From: Yuukianura sp. NJ FZ-2021
Lineage: Eukaryota
Reading direction: 5' to 3'
NCBI GenBank assembly: GCA_046563655.1
Contig: CM102285.1
Span: 11,842,001 to 11,906,000 of the forward strand
DNA: 64,000 nt
Shown here: positions 36,401 through 51,400 of the stretch, piece by piece
Layout: each line of letters opens with the position of its first letter
Position numbering within the stretch: position 1 is the stretch's first letter
Notes under the pieces: generated by a model
What the model was told of the DNA's origin: nothing
The model's database searches: none
What the model saw: only the letters and a program-made list of their open reading frames with translations
Position numbers and translations under genes: made by a program

Positions 36401-39400
36401 TCAGCAAGAGCTAACAGAGATTCGACTCATTCGATTCAGAGCTGACTCTGGAAGACCAAGAACCGAAGACAAGACTTGACATAGCTTCGTATAATCAGAC
36501 TCCAGTTGTTTCTGATAATCAATTTGTTCAGGGGTAATCAGTTGTCCATTTCGGATAAGCAATTCTCCACAGCATTCAACAAAATCCCTATACAAAAACA
36601 ACGATTAATTGCATGTATTCATGCATGATTTCACTTCTGCTGGAGTTTTGTAGATTTTTGACTTACCTGAAAATTGCTTTTAGTTTGTTTATGTCTTGGA
36701 TTGGAAACTCGTGTTCCCTGTCCAGAAACGCTCTTGCGTAAGCCAGTGGACCCTGGTTTACCTAAATTTTGCGAAAACATAAAATTCGTTGAATTGAATA
36801 AGATGAATAAGCTGCTTTTTGAAAGTATTGCATTGATATTTTAGAACGAACTTACCTGGACACTAACAGAACCTTGCAGTCTTAATTGTATACGTTTCAG
36901 ATCTACAGAATTTCGTTCAGATCGAAGTTCCACTACTCGCCTTTGCATATCGTCAATAGCAGATCTAATCGGACTCAGATCTTCTTCCTCAGAGTTGATG
37001 ACTCGCAGCCTGGACACGACAGCCGGAAAAGTGTACTCGGCTAAATTCGGGAAAAAAAAAGTTTAATTTTTTTGATGAATTTCAAGAAAGATCTTCGCTT
37101 ACTTTGTATTGTCGTCCTCCTCTTCCACTGTTGATGTACTGCTGCTTTGTTGTCGACGCTTATTCTATCCTGGACTTTGACTGTAAATGGAGTATCGTAG
37201 CAGAACTTGTTTACATTTTGATGTCTGCGGAAATCCTCTGACCACAATTTGCGGCGAGGACTTTCACTAGGAATCGGTGTGAGATGTGTGATGGTAGCAA
37301 ATATTCTGTCATCATCGCTCATCTGCTCTGTGTCTCCGGAAATGATTGTAGCATTCTCTGCATTTTCAACTTTGTTACAGACTTCCATCAGAGAGGTAAC
37401 GTTAGGCTCTTTGTACACATAGACTTCGACTGGTCGCTTGAGACCCGTTTTTCGTGGCAGGTAAAGTGCTACCCTGTAGTAGGTTGCCAAAAATCTCTCT
37501 CGTTTGTTTTGAATTAGAGCACAGGCTCTTGACATTTGCTTGTAGGAATGTTCCAGTGCAGCATAATCCGACAGAAATTCTTGGATGTCGACTAGAATTC
37601 GGTAAACCTAAAGAAAATCCGATTTTTCATAAATCTTTTCCAATTTTTCAAAAATTTTCTAGAAATTACCTCCAACATCAGCTCATAACGCTCAGCTTTC
37701 TCACACAAGTGGACGCATGTCTCAAGACGCTGAATCAGTTCTTCAGTTGTGTCTTCCTCCTCTTGTCCTTCCACAGATTGATCAAACTCATCTTTCAAAT
37801 TTTGAGAAATTCCTAGCATGATCTTCTTCACCTAAAAATCACAAAAATGTTCCAATTGCAAAATTCAAAACGGAGCCTAAAACTAAGTAAACATTTTTTT
37901 GAAACCTATCCATACCTCGGGTGTTGCTGAATGCCGTGCCAGGCCAGCAGCGATGTGAAGTTCACAAAGCAGAGCCTCACTGAATCTCTTCCGTGACAAA
38001 TGCTCATCTTTCAGCGATTCGAAAGCATCTATCCTCAGCTTTCCACCAGCATAGAATGAGTAGGAATTGGCCAACTTCAAGTACAATTCCGACAACCGAT
38101 AGTCATTTGTACAAGACTTGAGCAACCATAGGGAGTTGAGTATTGTTCCCAGACGAACTGGAAGATTATTTGGTGAAATCTTCTCTGCTCTCCTTCCTGT
38201 CCCCGACTTGAGATGCCGAAACGAGTTTTTGGACTTCAGAATACTCTTCGGCTCAAATTCATGAAGGTCAATGAAACTCAACTTCTCTGTAATAGCTAAA
38301 ACGAAACTTGACCTTTCGTTGACACTCATCCCTTTTTCCAACAAGCCCAGAGATTTTCTAAAGTTGTGGACGAAAGCAGGAGTTAGTGAAAGTGACGAAA
38401 TGGCGAGAAGACTTTGAGAAATTGTCCGAGTAGGACTGTTGAGGTAGAGTTTCGCGAGGATTCCAACACATGAATTAATTAGATACGTTGTGCCAAATCC
38501 ATTGAGGAGTTCACAGAACAATTGATGACTCAAATCCTCATTCCCTAAAATATCAAAACATTAAAACTGTACTATTGAATTTCCAATTTTCTTGAGATAA
38601 GTTTTACCTTTCGTGAAAACGATGGAAGCCAAATCGTCGATTCGGTGCAAATTTTCCAAAACGCTTAACATCGCTCTAAGGTCTTCACTTGTTTTCGCAA
38701 CGTCCAGCGTCGTTCGTATGATGTCTCGCATTTCATTATTTTCCCCTTTGCAGGTTGTGCAGAGATTCGCCAAAGTATCGACACAGACGAAAGTGGCTTC
38801 AGAACTGAGAGCTTTCCAGTCATTTGATGTTGTGCTCTTTCTACGTTTCAGCGCCAAGTCATCTACCTTCATCGCTTCATCTGCAGTTCCTTTAAGTGGA
38901 AGGGATGACCATTTCTTGGAAGGCAAGAGAGATGCTCTTGGACTTGGTGGCATCGTCGGCGGCACAACAATTCCAACAACCTAGAAAATAGAACAGTTAA
39001 CTGTTATTTCGTGTAGTTAGCCGAAACCCAAAGTTCAGCATTCAATGCAAACACATTTTACAAAATTCATTGACCCTCTCACTCCTCTTACGTTGGAATT
39101 GGAGTTGGAACGTTTTAGTTTTCGGAGTATGGAGGAGAAAATACACATTAAATAATTTTTCTGAAACAATTTAGAAGAAAACCCACAATATCAACAGACT
39201 TTTTTCAAAAAACCCTAACCCAACATTTCAATTTTAAAAGCTCGTGACTAAACTTTCCTCACCTCTGCAAAAACTTTAGGATCACGTTTTTTGAAAAACT
39301 GTTTCACTTTTGACGGTACGTGGCCCATGACTATTGAATTCCATTAAAAGCTAAAAATAATTTCCTTGCGTATAATCCGCGTTCATTGCCATTTACAATA

Positions 39401-42400
39401 CTACAACCGGGAAAAAAACCCCAAGCAAACAGGAAAACAAAACGCAATAATTTTTGTTTTTAGTACCTTCTTCCTTGTTGTCGTTCCAGCCTTTTTGGCT
39501 GAAGTGAAGTGGGAACAGGCAAGATGAATCATTTGTAGAAGCGAGGCTCTTTCCTGGCTGGAACTTTTTAGCCAGAAAGTCCACAAACCATCTTTTCCCA
39601 TTGTCTTCAATATGTAAAGCCCAGTAAGCAGTAACTGACTTGTCTCCATGTCGTTTAGCTTGTCGTAACGACGAAGGACGACGTTGCTTTTCTCTTGTTC
39701 AGTCAGACTTCCTGGAGACGGGCCTACTTTCACCATTTCGTCATCAGTTGTCACATCGCTAGGCTCTTTTCCAACACTCACTCCATCTCTGCAACAAAAA
39801 AATGAAAACGATTTTTCCATACCTTGCATAATTTTTTTTCCCAATTTTTCACTTACCCTGATGCACTATCAGAGAGTTTTTCGTTGACAATCGTTCCGCT
39901 TCCAGAACCAACACTGACTTCAGATGGCGCCGCAGTCGAAGCCGCTGGATTGCTCATTTTGATAGCCGAAATAGCATCCAAATAGTCACAGCTTGTGAGA
40001 CTAAGTCTGTCCAGACTCATTCTATCCCCATTCCCAGTCCCAGCGGTGATTGAACTTATATTGGACATACTACTGTTTGTACTTAAACTCGGCGTAAGAC
40101 CTCCATTACGTACTCGCAGCGACGACTTCCTCGGGGTATCCAGATCTCCATTGCCGAAATCTTCACACCCTGAACCCGATGCCGTTCCATTTGACATCGT
40201 CGTGCTCCTCTGGCTAGCATTTAGGGATTTGTTCAGAGCTGCTTGAACCAAGGTTCCAGCCGTGGCGGAAAGAATAGTAGAGACTGAAGAGCATCGTGAC
40301 GAATGTGTAGCATGTAGTGACGAAGTGGAGATTCGATGTAAATTGTCGCATACAACTCTAAGCCAGGGTATCCACATTCTTGATTCGCATCTCCTTTCTT
40401 CATGGATCATTAATCCATCCAGTATAGGTTTCAGTGCCAAACTGCGGACATTGGACACTTCACCCAGTCCACTTCTGGATTGTTTCATAACAGTGGCAAC
40501 CAAGAAATGGCGCCTGGACCAATTGGCATTATCGAGTCTACAAAAACAGAGCAAGTGAATCTTTTTCCTCGAATGGACATTGGAAAGTCTATTATCTGCC
40601 AAGCTTTTGTTTGCTGTACCTCGTAAATTCGTCATCTCCAACACCAGAATTCAGTTCCAAGAAGGACGGATGTTTCACGAGATGTTGAAGCATATAGAAC
40701 TTCAAGTCTTGCACCTTGGGATGTCAATAAAAAAAATGAGGTGAAAACCATAAATGACTGTTTTTGGTAAACTTTTAAGAAGGTAGCGGTGTCATTACCT
40801 TATGTGAGTCACCAGGACCAAAACAAGCCAGGTAAGAGTTTATGGTAGCAAATACAACATGTCGTTGCGTAATAACTGACAGGGCGGAACAAACAAATTG
40901 CACAACACTTTCGTTGGCAGTTCGAGCCAGCGTTTGATCTGGCTGGCACCGTTGGACGACTTCACAAGTAAACAACTGAACAAGTTTCACAAGTTTGGAT
41001 TCTTCAGGATTTGAGCAATGAAACCCCTGGATTGCAATTGACTTGAGAATCATCGTAAAAAAGTGTTTAGAAAGTTCCAGGGAATTGGCAATAGTAGCTC
41101 CATCTCCTGTTTCGAAAAGTTCAATCCACGAATCAACCAGAACTTCAGCCACTGCAACCAAAAGTGTCAAAATTAGGATGAAAGTAGCCCAAAGCCACAG
41201 TAATTTAAGAAGTGTGAAAGTCCTTACGTGAAGATGTTTGTTTAAACTCATTTCCTTTGTCATGAGCCGCAAGGAACCGAAGTCCTGTGTATTCTTCAAT
41301 GATGTGCTCAAGGCCAGCCTCAATGACAGCATGAAATGCAAAAATGAGAAACTTGAACGATGCGATCCCAATGCTCCTTGAAATTTTCGCAACATTGCAA
41401 ATTTGGTTAATAATTGTCGGAAAAAAATCTCGCAGGGTATCCAAATCAATTGACTCCAACGTCTTGATTGATTTTGTAGTATTTTCATCATCGCAATGTA
41501 AAAATCTGGAACCATTAGAACTGCTTCCTTTTTGAAGTAATCTCTCAGCATGTGCAAAGAAAGCACCAAGCGATCCACATTTTGTCCAAACCGTGGAAAG
41601 TAAATTGAGTTTCACCGACAATGTGCATTTTTCCAGCCATGCAATTTCAGGACCCGAGTACTGAAATTTCAGAAACAAAAATACAAAATCAGTCAAAATT
41701 TCATCAAAGCCTTCAAAAACAGTGCAAACAGATTACGAGTTTTAGTTTTAAGCTTAAGGTTAAGTTATTAAGTGTTAGTTACTGAAGCCTACGGCTTTAT
41801 TAGTCATTTTGTGGCGATAGCTACAAAGTTCTTCGCAGTAGCAGCACTTTCATCAACATCGCTGCTTTTAGAGCTAAGAAGAGCACAGAGTAGAACGCAT
41901 AAACATTGAAACATGGAAGAGAGCACAAGAGTTCGACAGAAGGTAGGCGTGTTTTTGCATTTCAGAAATGTTATGTACAACAATGAACTTGCCTTGTCAC
42001 TTTTTGTTTTGAAAAATCGTTTACGGCTAAGTATATGAAGCAACTGAGGAGAAGTACCTCCACCAGTACTTCGTTTTTCCACAGCTATCTCGTCGTCGCT
42101 CAGACTCAGACTGTGACTCTATACAAGTGAGGTTACGATGATGACCCATTAAAATTAGGTTTTCCATTTGTTAGAATGCAGTAAAACGCAAAGTAAAAAA
42201 ATTCAGAAAGCCAGAAAAAAATGCACGCAGCAGACATAAAATAAAATTTGAAAACAAGGTTTCAAAGTAAAGTCTGAAATGTTAAAAGTTGAAGTTTAAC
42301 CTTGAGAAGTTGATCATTTTTGAAGAAAAAGACTCACTCTCACTCCCAACCATTAAAAGAGTATCAGAAAAAGTCAAAATTTTAAAAAGTTTAGAAAGTT

Positions 42401-45400
42401 GTAGTCAAGCATATAAAACCTGAGAATTTGAGAAGTTACAGTTTCAGGGGCAAAAAAATGTAGCAACATTTTGAAAAACTGTTTAACCTACCCCACGGCC
42501 CAGACCAAGCGGTTGGATTTGAAGGTAGCCAGACGGTAGATTGGACGCAATCGGTAAAATGTGTTCTCCTCCAATGAACCGAAACTTGTTCAAAAGTGGG
42601 ATCCAAGCATAACCAATAATATTTTCAACTTGCTTGTTTCCTTTTTCAAAAGAACAGGAAATGTGGTAGAACTGAAACAGCAAATGGAGTCTGGGATCCA
42701 GTGCTACTGGCAGGGCCAATTTCACTTCACTGTACCATTCCGGATTTGCACGGTGGTAAAGAATATGAGTTCCAATTAGGCCTTCGCATGGATTCAATTC
42801 AAGTGCTAAAAAAAGTTCATAAAATCAATCAAACAGCACGAAAAAAGTTAAAACTTGTCATGCAATCGTGAAATACTTGACAGCACACTTACGACTAGCA
42901 TCAATGTCGTCTTCAGACCGAAGAAAAACTCGACACAGGATATTCCTGGCTCTAATTTTACTTGTCACTGGCAACAGGTTCAGCGTCACTGGATACACGT
43001 AGAGGAGATGTGAAAATTGACGAAACGGTTCAATGGACTGGCACGGAAATTCTCTTGCGATGACTACTGGCGTTCCTTCGTCTGACCTTTGCGTCATAAT
43101 TTCTTGAGCGACTGTCTTCGACGCTTTTTCCAGTGCAACGCGAATTATTCCTGGAATTACTGTCAATTTTGAAACTTTATCTGGTCTTCGTATATCGGCC
43201 AACGATTTGAGCAGATCTTCATCAGTTCCTTTCTCGTGTTTGAAGAAAGGTGTAAATGGAGATTCCAAATCCAGTGTAAAGCTTGTATTACTTTCTCCAC
43301 CTCCAAGTTCTCGTTTCGTAAACATAGATTTTGTAGACCAACACAATGGCATTCGATACCTGAAAATGAAAACCATTTTTCAATCAAAAAGTCATCCAGA
43401 AAAATCTCAGATTTTGCTCATTTATCACAGAACTACTTATAGGTCAGCCACTCCACCTACCCCAGTTAGCTTCATGTTCAAATTGTACAAAGAAAACACT
43501 TTTCGACTTTTCGATTCAGTTTTCACAGTTTTCATTTTTCAATAGAAATTCAAAAAACGAAAAGAAAAACCCAAAAACAAAATGTTGGCCATAAAGCTCA
43601 TTTTTTGAGATTTCTGGTGACAGCTAAACATTGTCTGATACTTTTCATTCTTTTCATAAGCACGCTCGCCCTTAATTATGATTTAGCTTAGCATTTAACA
43701 CCTTTTCCGCAGAAAAAAAAATAAACAAACAAAACGGGAAAGGCGAAACAGATTTCCACGAATGGAACCTATGCTGCGCGTGATATCTCAAGATCATAAA
43801 ACGAAATAAACAGGTCATATCAAATTCACAGATTCATATGCATTTCCCACACACGCAGTGCCATAATAATAAACATAATAATTATGTTTATAACAATAAT
43901 TATTATTGTTGTCTCACCTTTGACCTTCACCCTCAGTGTACAGAGGAGAAGTGGTAACATTTTTCGACACTTTGGAACCTGTCTTTCCATCTGGATTTCC
44001 ACGGACGTAAATATCAGACTCCGTAGCCTGCAGAGTCTTTTCCACACGAATAACCAGGTAAATCTGCTCATGGACTTCCGTAACGCGAAACAGCACCTAA
44101 AACCAAACACAAAAATATCGATTTAATATCACGGTTATGCTAAACATCATCATCATTTCCTACTTTTTCATTAAGCAAAAAATTCAAAATTCAGCGTGAT
44201 TAGTAGTCCATTCCCCACAAAACGCATAGATTCAAAACAAAAGAAGGCAAGAAAAATTGAAAACTTGAAAAACAAGTGACGAATGTAAGGCAAATTCAAT
44301 TGGGGAGGCATTGGATTACTAAACTACTGAGTCAGTTGAACACAAAAGTTAAACCAAAAAATCAGCAAAAATTGCAAATCCACGACCAGTTTTTTCATCA
44401 GTTTTCGATAAACTTTAAACCAAAATCCTTGTTGAAGACTTTGCTCAGACTACCTCATGATTTAGGTATTACAGGAAGAACTTGAAAGGAACAAACGTCC
44501 TAGTCCTCAATAAAACTGAATTTAATAAAGATGAGCCACTCAAAAAGGGAACATCAACTCACTTTTGGTCTAGTCACGAACTTCCCTTGAATGTCAACTG
44601 TTGAATGAAAATCTTCCGAAATTTTACGACCACTTCGAGCATCAAACAAGGCGAGGAAGATGTAGTAAGGTTCCACTGGCGTTCCGAATTCCGTTTTGAC
44701 ACGAAATTCCAGCGATTCCAGTTGGAGGAGAAAGTAAACCGGATTTGATACTTTCACTTTTCGAGAATGCCTTCCATCCAGACCATGTTTCGCGGAAATG
44801 TCCAACTGAAAAACCAAGTAAAAAATTTTCAGAATTAAACATTGCAAAATTCATCAAGAAAAGTTCACCTTGAGTTTTTTCAAAAGTTTGAAAAGTTTGT
44901 TACCGTAACACGCTGAAAAAGTTGCACAACTTCGTCCACGCGCTCAACATTGTTAGAAGAAGCGAGCTCTGCTGACTTATCACAAGAGCCCAAATGGGAA
45001 CAAATTGTATACAAGTCCTTGAGTAAACCACGGTTTTGTTCATTATGAAAGACTAGGTGTTCACTGGGAAATGACACTTTCCCCTCCTCTGTCCAAATTG
45101 GATCCACTTCACTCAAATCCACTTTCACCAAAACTCCTTGCCCAGCAGCCTCCGTCCAAACAATTAGCCAGAAAATCTCCTCTACACTGTCCCATTTGAC
45201 TTGAATGAAACGTGATCCAAGACTTTCCTCTTTCCGTACAACTTGGACAGTCCCTTGAAGGGCTATCCCGGCTTCGTCTAGGGGAGGCTCTTTACAAACA
45301 GTTGAATTGTCCCAAAACCAATCTGGAGCAACAACGGTGGTTTTCGTATCATTTCGAATATCAACATTGTGTCCCGCATCTTCACCGTTTTCACTCCTGC

Positions 45401-48400
45401 TGCTGTTATGTTCATTGTTGATCGTAATTTGTGGTGTACTGGGTGTCGCCGGTTTGTCGATCGTGGTTCCATTGGCCACATGACGCCGTACAAATGAGGG
45501 CCAAGGTTCTTTTCTTTCAGTCAATTCCAAATGGGGAGAAGAATAGGTTTTTAAGCACTCGGAGACAAACAAATTGCAAGAAGCATCACTGCTGTCAACA
45601 GTATCCTCACTTCCGTCATTTCCTAAAGTATTTGGTATTGACTCAAGGTTGTAAAATTTCTCTGTAGAATACTCCGTCTCCGGTGTACATTCAACAAGAA
45701 GGGATTTGTTCTGAAAAAAATAAAACAAAAAATGAACAATTAGACTTCAATTTTTACTAAAATTGCTTCATTAACATGTCAAACCGCAGCAGCAGTTTTT
45801 CTTTGCCTCCAAATCACATCAAACAACCTTGCACAACCAAAAATTTAACTTCAAACTGCTTCTTCGAAGTAATTCCTGCTCTAGCCGGAACTTTTAGCAC
45901 TTTTGCAAATTACTCTTAACGCAACAAAAAACTACCGCAGTACTAGAAATCAATAATTACCAAACGAAGGCCAAAATGGTTCAAACTTGTTAAACTTCCA
46001 GCGAAAGAATACTTTCCATTTTTTGTCAAATGCAACTTATTCCAAATCCAGCTTTTCAATAACGTTCGTCGTCCACTAGTTCCATGCGCAGCCGCAGTCG
46101 AACTACTGCCACCACCAGCAGCATTTTCCAGCCAAGCTGGTGAAAGATCATCACTATTATTAGAAGAAGCCGAAGATGAAGATCCAGTACTACTGTAGCC
46201 TGACTCCGATACTGTCGGAGCCAGTGACAACTTCATTCCAATTGCCGACAAATCCACAAAACTAACACTTTTCCTTCTGACCGATCCTGTTCCACATCCG
46301 TCATGCTTTTCCCTTATAGTGACAGTAGTAGTTCCATTTCCAAATGCTGCATCTTGAGCAATAAGCTCACTTTCACCCATAGGCCGAATCTTTGTTGTCA
46401 AAATCCCTGTCACACTTTGACGCTTCTTTGATTCTTGCCGCAACATCGTATTGCTCAAAAATTCTGTTGCTGCTGAAGCACCCATTGAAACTGCTGTTAC
46501 AAATGGCATGACCTTCTAGCGTCGTTAATCACTAAACCAACCCACAACTAATTCCCAAGTTGAACTGATTAACACAAGACAACGATCCTTCTCTCTTCCA
46601 AAAGATCCAAAGATGACTCAAGTCCAATTTCCATCTCTGTTTCTGGCGTCACTTCACTTTTGCATTATGTCGGCACAAGATAGTGACAGAAATGGCAGAA
46701 ATCCTTGGAAAAATGAAGATTCTTGTCAATTTACATTTGAAACAACAAGGTTTGTTTTGATCCTAAAACCAAAAGTGATTTCACAGAAGAGGCCCTTAAG
46801 CATCCACGTCAAAATCAAAACCAAGACTGGAAGCGTAGTAACAAAAAGGAAACCAACATGAACGTGCTTCTGAGGGAGACCTAAACTTTTCAACTGAACT
46901 GAACAGGTTCGTTTAGCCCCTCAAAAAACGATTCTGACTTGAAACTCGAGCCTTCTACTCTCTACAGCTTTACAGAATCTGCTTGAAATGCACAAGGCAT
47001 AAAAATTTTACAACAATACAATCAGCATCAGCCAAGAGTACGAAAGCCCACTTAAACTTAAAGGAGGCCTTTATGATCTTCTCAGCTACTTTTTACTTTT
47101 GGCCAAGAACCTTACGATCTCTGAGACTATATCATTATTCAAAGATCATTTGGACCAACTAACTAACATAAAAATTTAAAGTGTTAGACCACCTCTGTGC
47201 TATCCCATAGAGTCCCTTCAACAACTTACTGTAGGGTCAATATTGTTTAGTATTCGTTTCCTCGCCTCCCTTGAGGTTATGGGTCATAAGAAATTACCAG
47301 TTTTTCTTTTCTACTACCACATCATCCCAGAAGCTTTCTTCACACAAATTGTGGTTCTCAAATGAAGCTTCGCCTGATAAATAAACTTGCTCAAAGTGCT
47401 AAACGCACTTCATCATCATACTTTTTACAATGATTATGATGTCACGTCACGAGAAATACAATCTCTGAGGCTTAAAACCCCCAAAAAGAAACTCTGCAGA
47501 GTTAATTCGAAAAAAAAGCCTTAAAAACTCATGATTTCTACGCTTTTCAGCTAAATTTTACAATTTTTGATCCGACCGAATCAAAATGAAAGTCCCGAAA
47601 GAAAAACTTTTTTTTTTGTTTCTAGTAAATTCCACTGCACACTCAATTTTTGTTTCAACTGTTGTCAAAATTGTTCAAAATTTTGAAAAAACAAAAACCC
47701 CAGCAAAAAAAAAGTGTTTAAAATTTAGGCTAATACAATACCAATGCCTTTCCAAAAATATTTATAATAATTAAAATGTTCAAATTTTGATCCAATCGAA
47801 TAACAGAGAAATACGCATATACCCAATCAATCAACTTTTTTTTGCTTCTGGTAAATCCTACTGCAGATTCAATTTTTGTTGCAACTGGTGTCCAAATTAT
47901 TCAAAATTTTAAGAAAAAAAAAATCTCAAATAAACAAAAGGCGTGCAAAATTTAAAATAAATCAAAATCATGCACTTTCCAAAAAATTAATAACAATAAT
48001 TAAATTGGTCAACACGTTTGCTTCCTGTGCAAATAAATCTTCTCTCAGAAAAAGAGGATTTCCCAATAATTCTCTAAACTTCCAAACGTGCTTTTACTCT
48101 AATCAAAAATCATTCACGCCTTGTGGATAGTGCTTTTTTGTTGATCTTGATGTGGGTTAATTACTTAATTTAATTATATAAACAATTATACAACTAAATA
48201 CAATTATTTCAGCATAGCGATGCCTGTACTACAATTTCTATTTAACATGAATGTCTAAATCAACATTTCATCTCTAATTAACATTCTAGTCAAATGTCAA
48301 ACTCTTTTAGGAAAAACAAGAGACAAAAGAGATGAGCAAGTGACATCGGAAGATGACAAAAGATCAAAACCTGAAATAATCACAATCGACCAATACAAAA

Positions 48401-51400
48401 TTCATCCCCACACTTAAAAAAATCCAAGTAGGAAGATGGAAGATGCATTTCTACAGATGCTTCTAAAAAAAACTTAATGAATCTTCCGTGTTCGCTTTTC
48501 GTTGTCTGCTGAACTGATTTACTCGTCCATCATTTCAGTCGAAAAAAAAAGGTTACGCAAAAGCGTAAAGAAAAACAACTCAAAACGATTAATCTCAATC
48601 TAAATCTCAGTAATTTTGGAACAGACACCATGAACAAAAGATCCGCCCGGCCCTTAGTATGATCATCTCTCCTTCAAATTACAAAAATTGCAGTTACGAT
48701 ACACGGAATTTGCGTCAGCATAAAATGTCAATCACCTCGTGCACGAAAACATGCAGAAATATGAAAATATTCGTTTAAAAAATGCCATGATCTTCAACAT
48801 AAAAATATGAGGATCTTGATAATAAAAATCAAGTTCAAGATCAAAATACAGAATCCGGGTTTTTAAAAAAACCGAAAAACTGGTTTCCACCTACCACCCT
48901 TCTACAAAACTTCAAAACTGAAAAAAAATTCAAGAGCCCTCTAAAAATTGGTTTAACTCTTTCACAAAATTAAGTTTCAGCGCAAGCATTTTCCCTACCA
49001 ACATTTAACAAAAGATAAAACTGTAATTAACTGTTCAGACCTACGGAGAGGTCAAATCTATTGACCGCATACACGTACAACTTACTACGTGTATTGCCAA
49101 ATTGACACTTAAAAGGGAGTGACTCTCTCAAGAATTTAAGTCCAATTGCCAAGCCTCGAATTTTAAAACAATCAATTCACTCATGTACGCTCATCATCTT
49201 TAAAAATCAAACTTTCTCATTTTTTTAAAAAACGAAATAAACGTGCAGAGAACTTTTCATATTTAAGTCAGCAGTGAACTAAAAATGACGATCACGTCTT
49301 TATGGGAACAGCGATTAATCAACTCACACCACTCACATCAATGTCAGCTACTCATTTTTTAACATCCCACGCAATCTCAAACTAAAAAATTTCATGTCAT
49401 GAATTTTAGTAAAACCGTGCAAAAATTGGTCCAAATTCTCCAAATTTCTGTTGTCGAAATAGAGGGTTTGAAGTAAACCAAAGTAATTTTCCTACGCACC
49501 AAAGTGATATTTAATTTTTACGGAGCTGCTCTCCTTTCTCGGCACGTTCGAACTCCTTGAAAAACGTGTCTCTCATTCCCAATCATTTAAGTTTGAATTT
49601 GAATTCAAATCACTTAAAGACAGACTTCTTAATTGCATTGTTTTAACGAAATGAAGCACATCGTTAGTCCTTGACGAAGATGCATAATAATTATTATTGT
49701 CTAATAACGAGGTGTGAGACCTCGTTTTTCACCTGTCCACAGCGAAACATTCCTCGAGTGGGCTAAATAACACAAAAATTGGCACAAAATCCCGTGCAAG
49801 CTGAAGATAAAATCCAAAAAATTGCCAAACTTATGAAATTTACGCAGAATTTGGCAAAACTCCCAAAATAATTTCATAAAGCAATGCAGTGTAACTGATT
49901 CAAAAAAATAAAAATGCAACATTTTGAACTTTTCTGAATACTTTTCAAAAAATGTGTTAAATTGTTGAATTTTTAGAGTTCAGCCAACAAACAGTTAAGT
50001 TTAAGAAGCGCCAAAAATCAAAAAAGGAGAAAGATCTTTTTAGCCGATTGTAACAAACGTGAAACATTAGATTTGTTCCACATAACTTTTTTCTAACAAA
50101 AACTCGAAATTTTAGATTGAAAAAAAAAAATATAATAAGATCCAAACCGGATTTTCATTTGGCAATAATTATCAGTACAAACAAACAGAAGCAGGAGTGG
50201 CATGGATTGGCTAAGCTGAATAGTAATTATTACAAAACGGCAATGTTTTAAAGTTTTTAAGTATGCATAATTTCTTAAATTCGGCTCAATTAATTAACTT
50301 GTTCTTCAATTCCCAAAATGAGAGAGGTCGTGTTATACTTTACGTAAGAATGCTGGCTATACATGTTTTAAGCAAAAAAAAAAGATTCATTGCCACGTCT
50401 AAAGACTAGTCGAATCAGGGGCAGTGTCAATGCCTTGTGCATTACTTAATTTTAATTTAACAGTTATTTTACGGATCCCTATTACTTAATTATGGATCAC
50501 AAGCCACTGACTTCTACAATCATCATCTTCATCATTTAAACTTCAAACCAAAGAGACGAACAGTGTACTCAAGCCGAAAATTAGTCCATGCACCATAAAC
50601 TTCCAACTATTTCATCTTTTTCATACTTCCGTCTTCAGTTTCATCCATCACGGAAATGACTTACGTACGCTGAAACATACCACAGAAGAATACTTACGTT
50701 ATAAAAACTAAAAACACAACTTTACATTAACAAATGTCGAAGCATTAATACTTGTTAGCGTAAGTTGTATTTTAGTGCCCAAAAATTCCACGAAACAACA
50801 ATTTCACACAATAAAAATCGAAATCTTTCCAAAATCTTTCAATATTTACAACTCCTACTAAATTTACTAGCAAAAAAAAAAACGTGCAAATACCTTTGAC
50901 CCCTCATAATTATAGGTTTAGTTTTCAAAAAATTGAAGAGGTGCTCACAAGACAGTTAGTAGGTGAAAGTTAATTTATGCCTTGCTCCTAAGGTACAGAA
51001 GGGCGTGAGATGTAATCATTCCCACTTTGTCCTACTGGTTCAAATTTCAATTCATAATTCTCCTACTTCTCTCCTTTCACTCTTCCTCACAAACATAACC
51101 TTACTTTAATTGCTTTTGCTAACCTAACCTATTGTGTTTTGTTTTCCCAAAGGAAAGAAAAACCTGTACCCACAGTCATAAATCATACAAAAACCCGAAA
51201 ATTTTTTAAATTTACTAAACAATACTTTAAAAACTAATTGAAATTCTGTCAAGATCCACTCTTTACCATTTAAAAAGAGCTGCATGAAGTGCGCAAAACA
51301 GTAAGAAGCTTCGGATGCCAAAATGTTAAGATGAAGTGCACATGACCCCCTGTCAATACCGTAATACTTTTTAAAATTGATCCAAAAACTTTCATCCTAA

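Noticed and set aside
36370..36403. Short in-frame continuation and a gtaagc donor-like site just after the DOCK TGA (possible readthrough)
   Set aside because: No readthrough context or conservation evidence available; more simply 3' UTR
40775..41696. Overlapping minus-strand ORFs suggesting a frameshift or pseudogene in DOCK
   Set aside because: Explained by a short GT-AG intron at ~41157-41227; similar breaks in other genes are also introns
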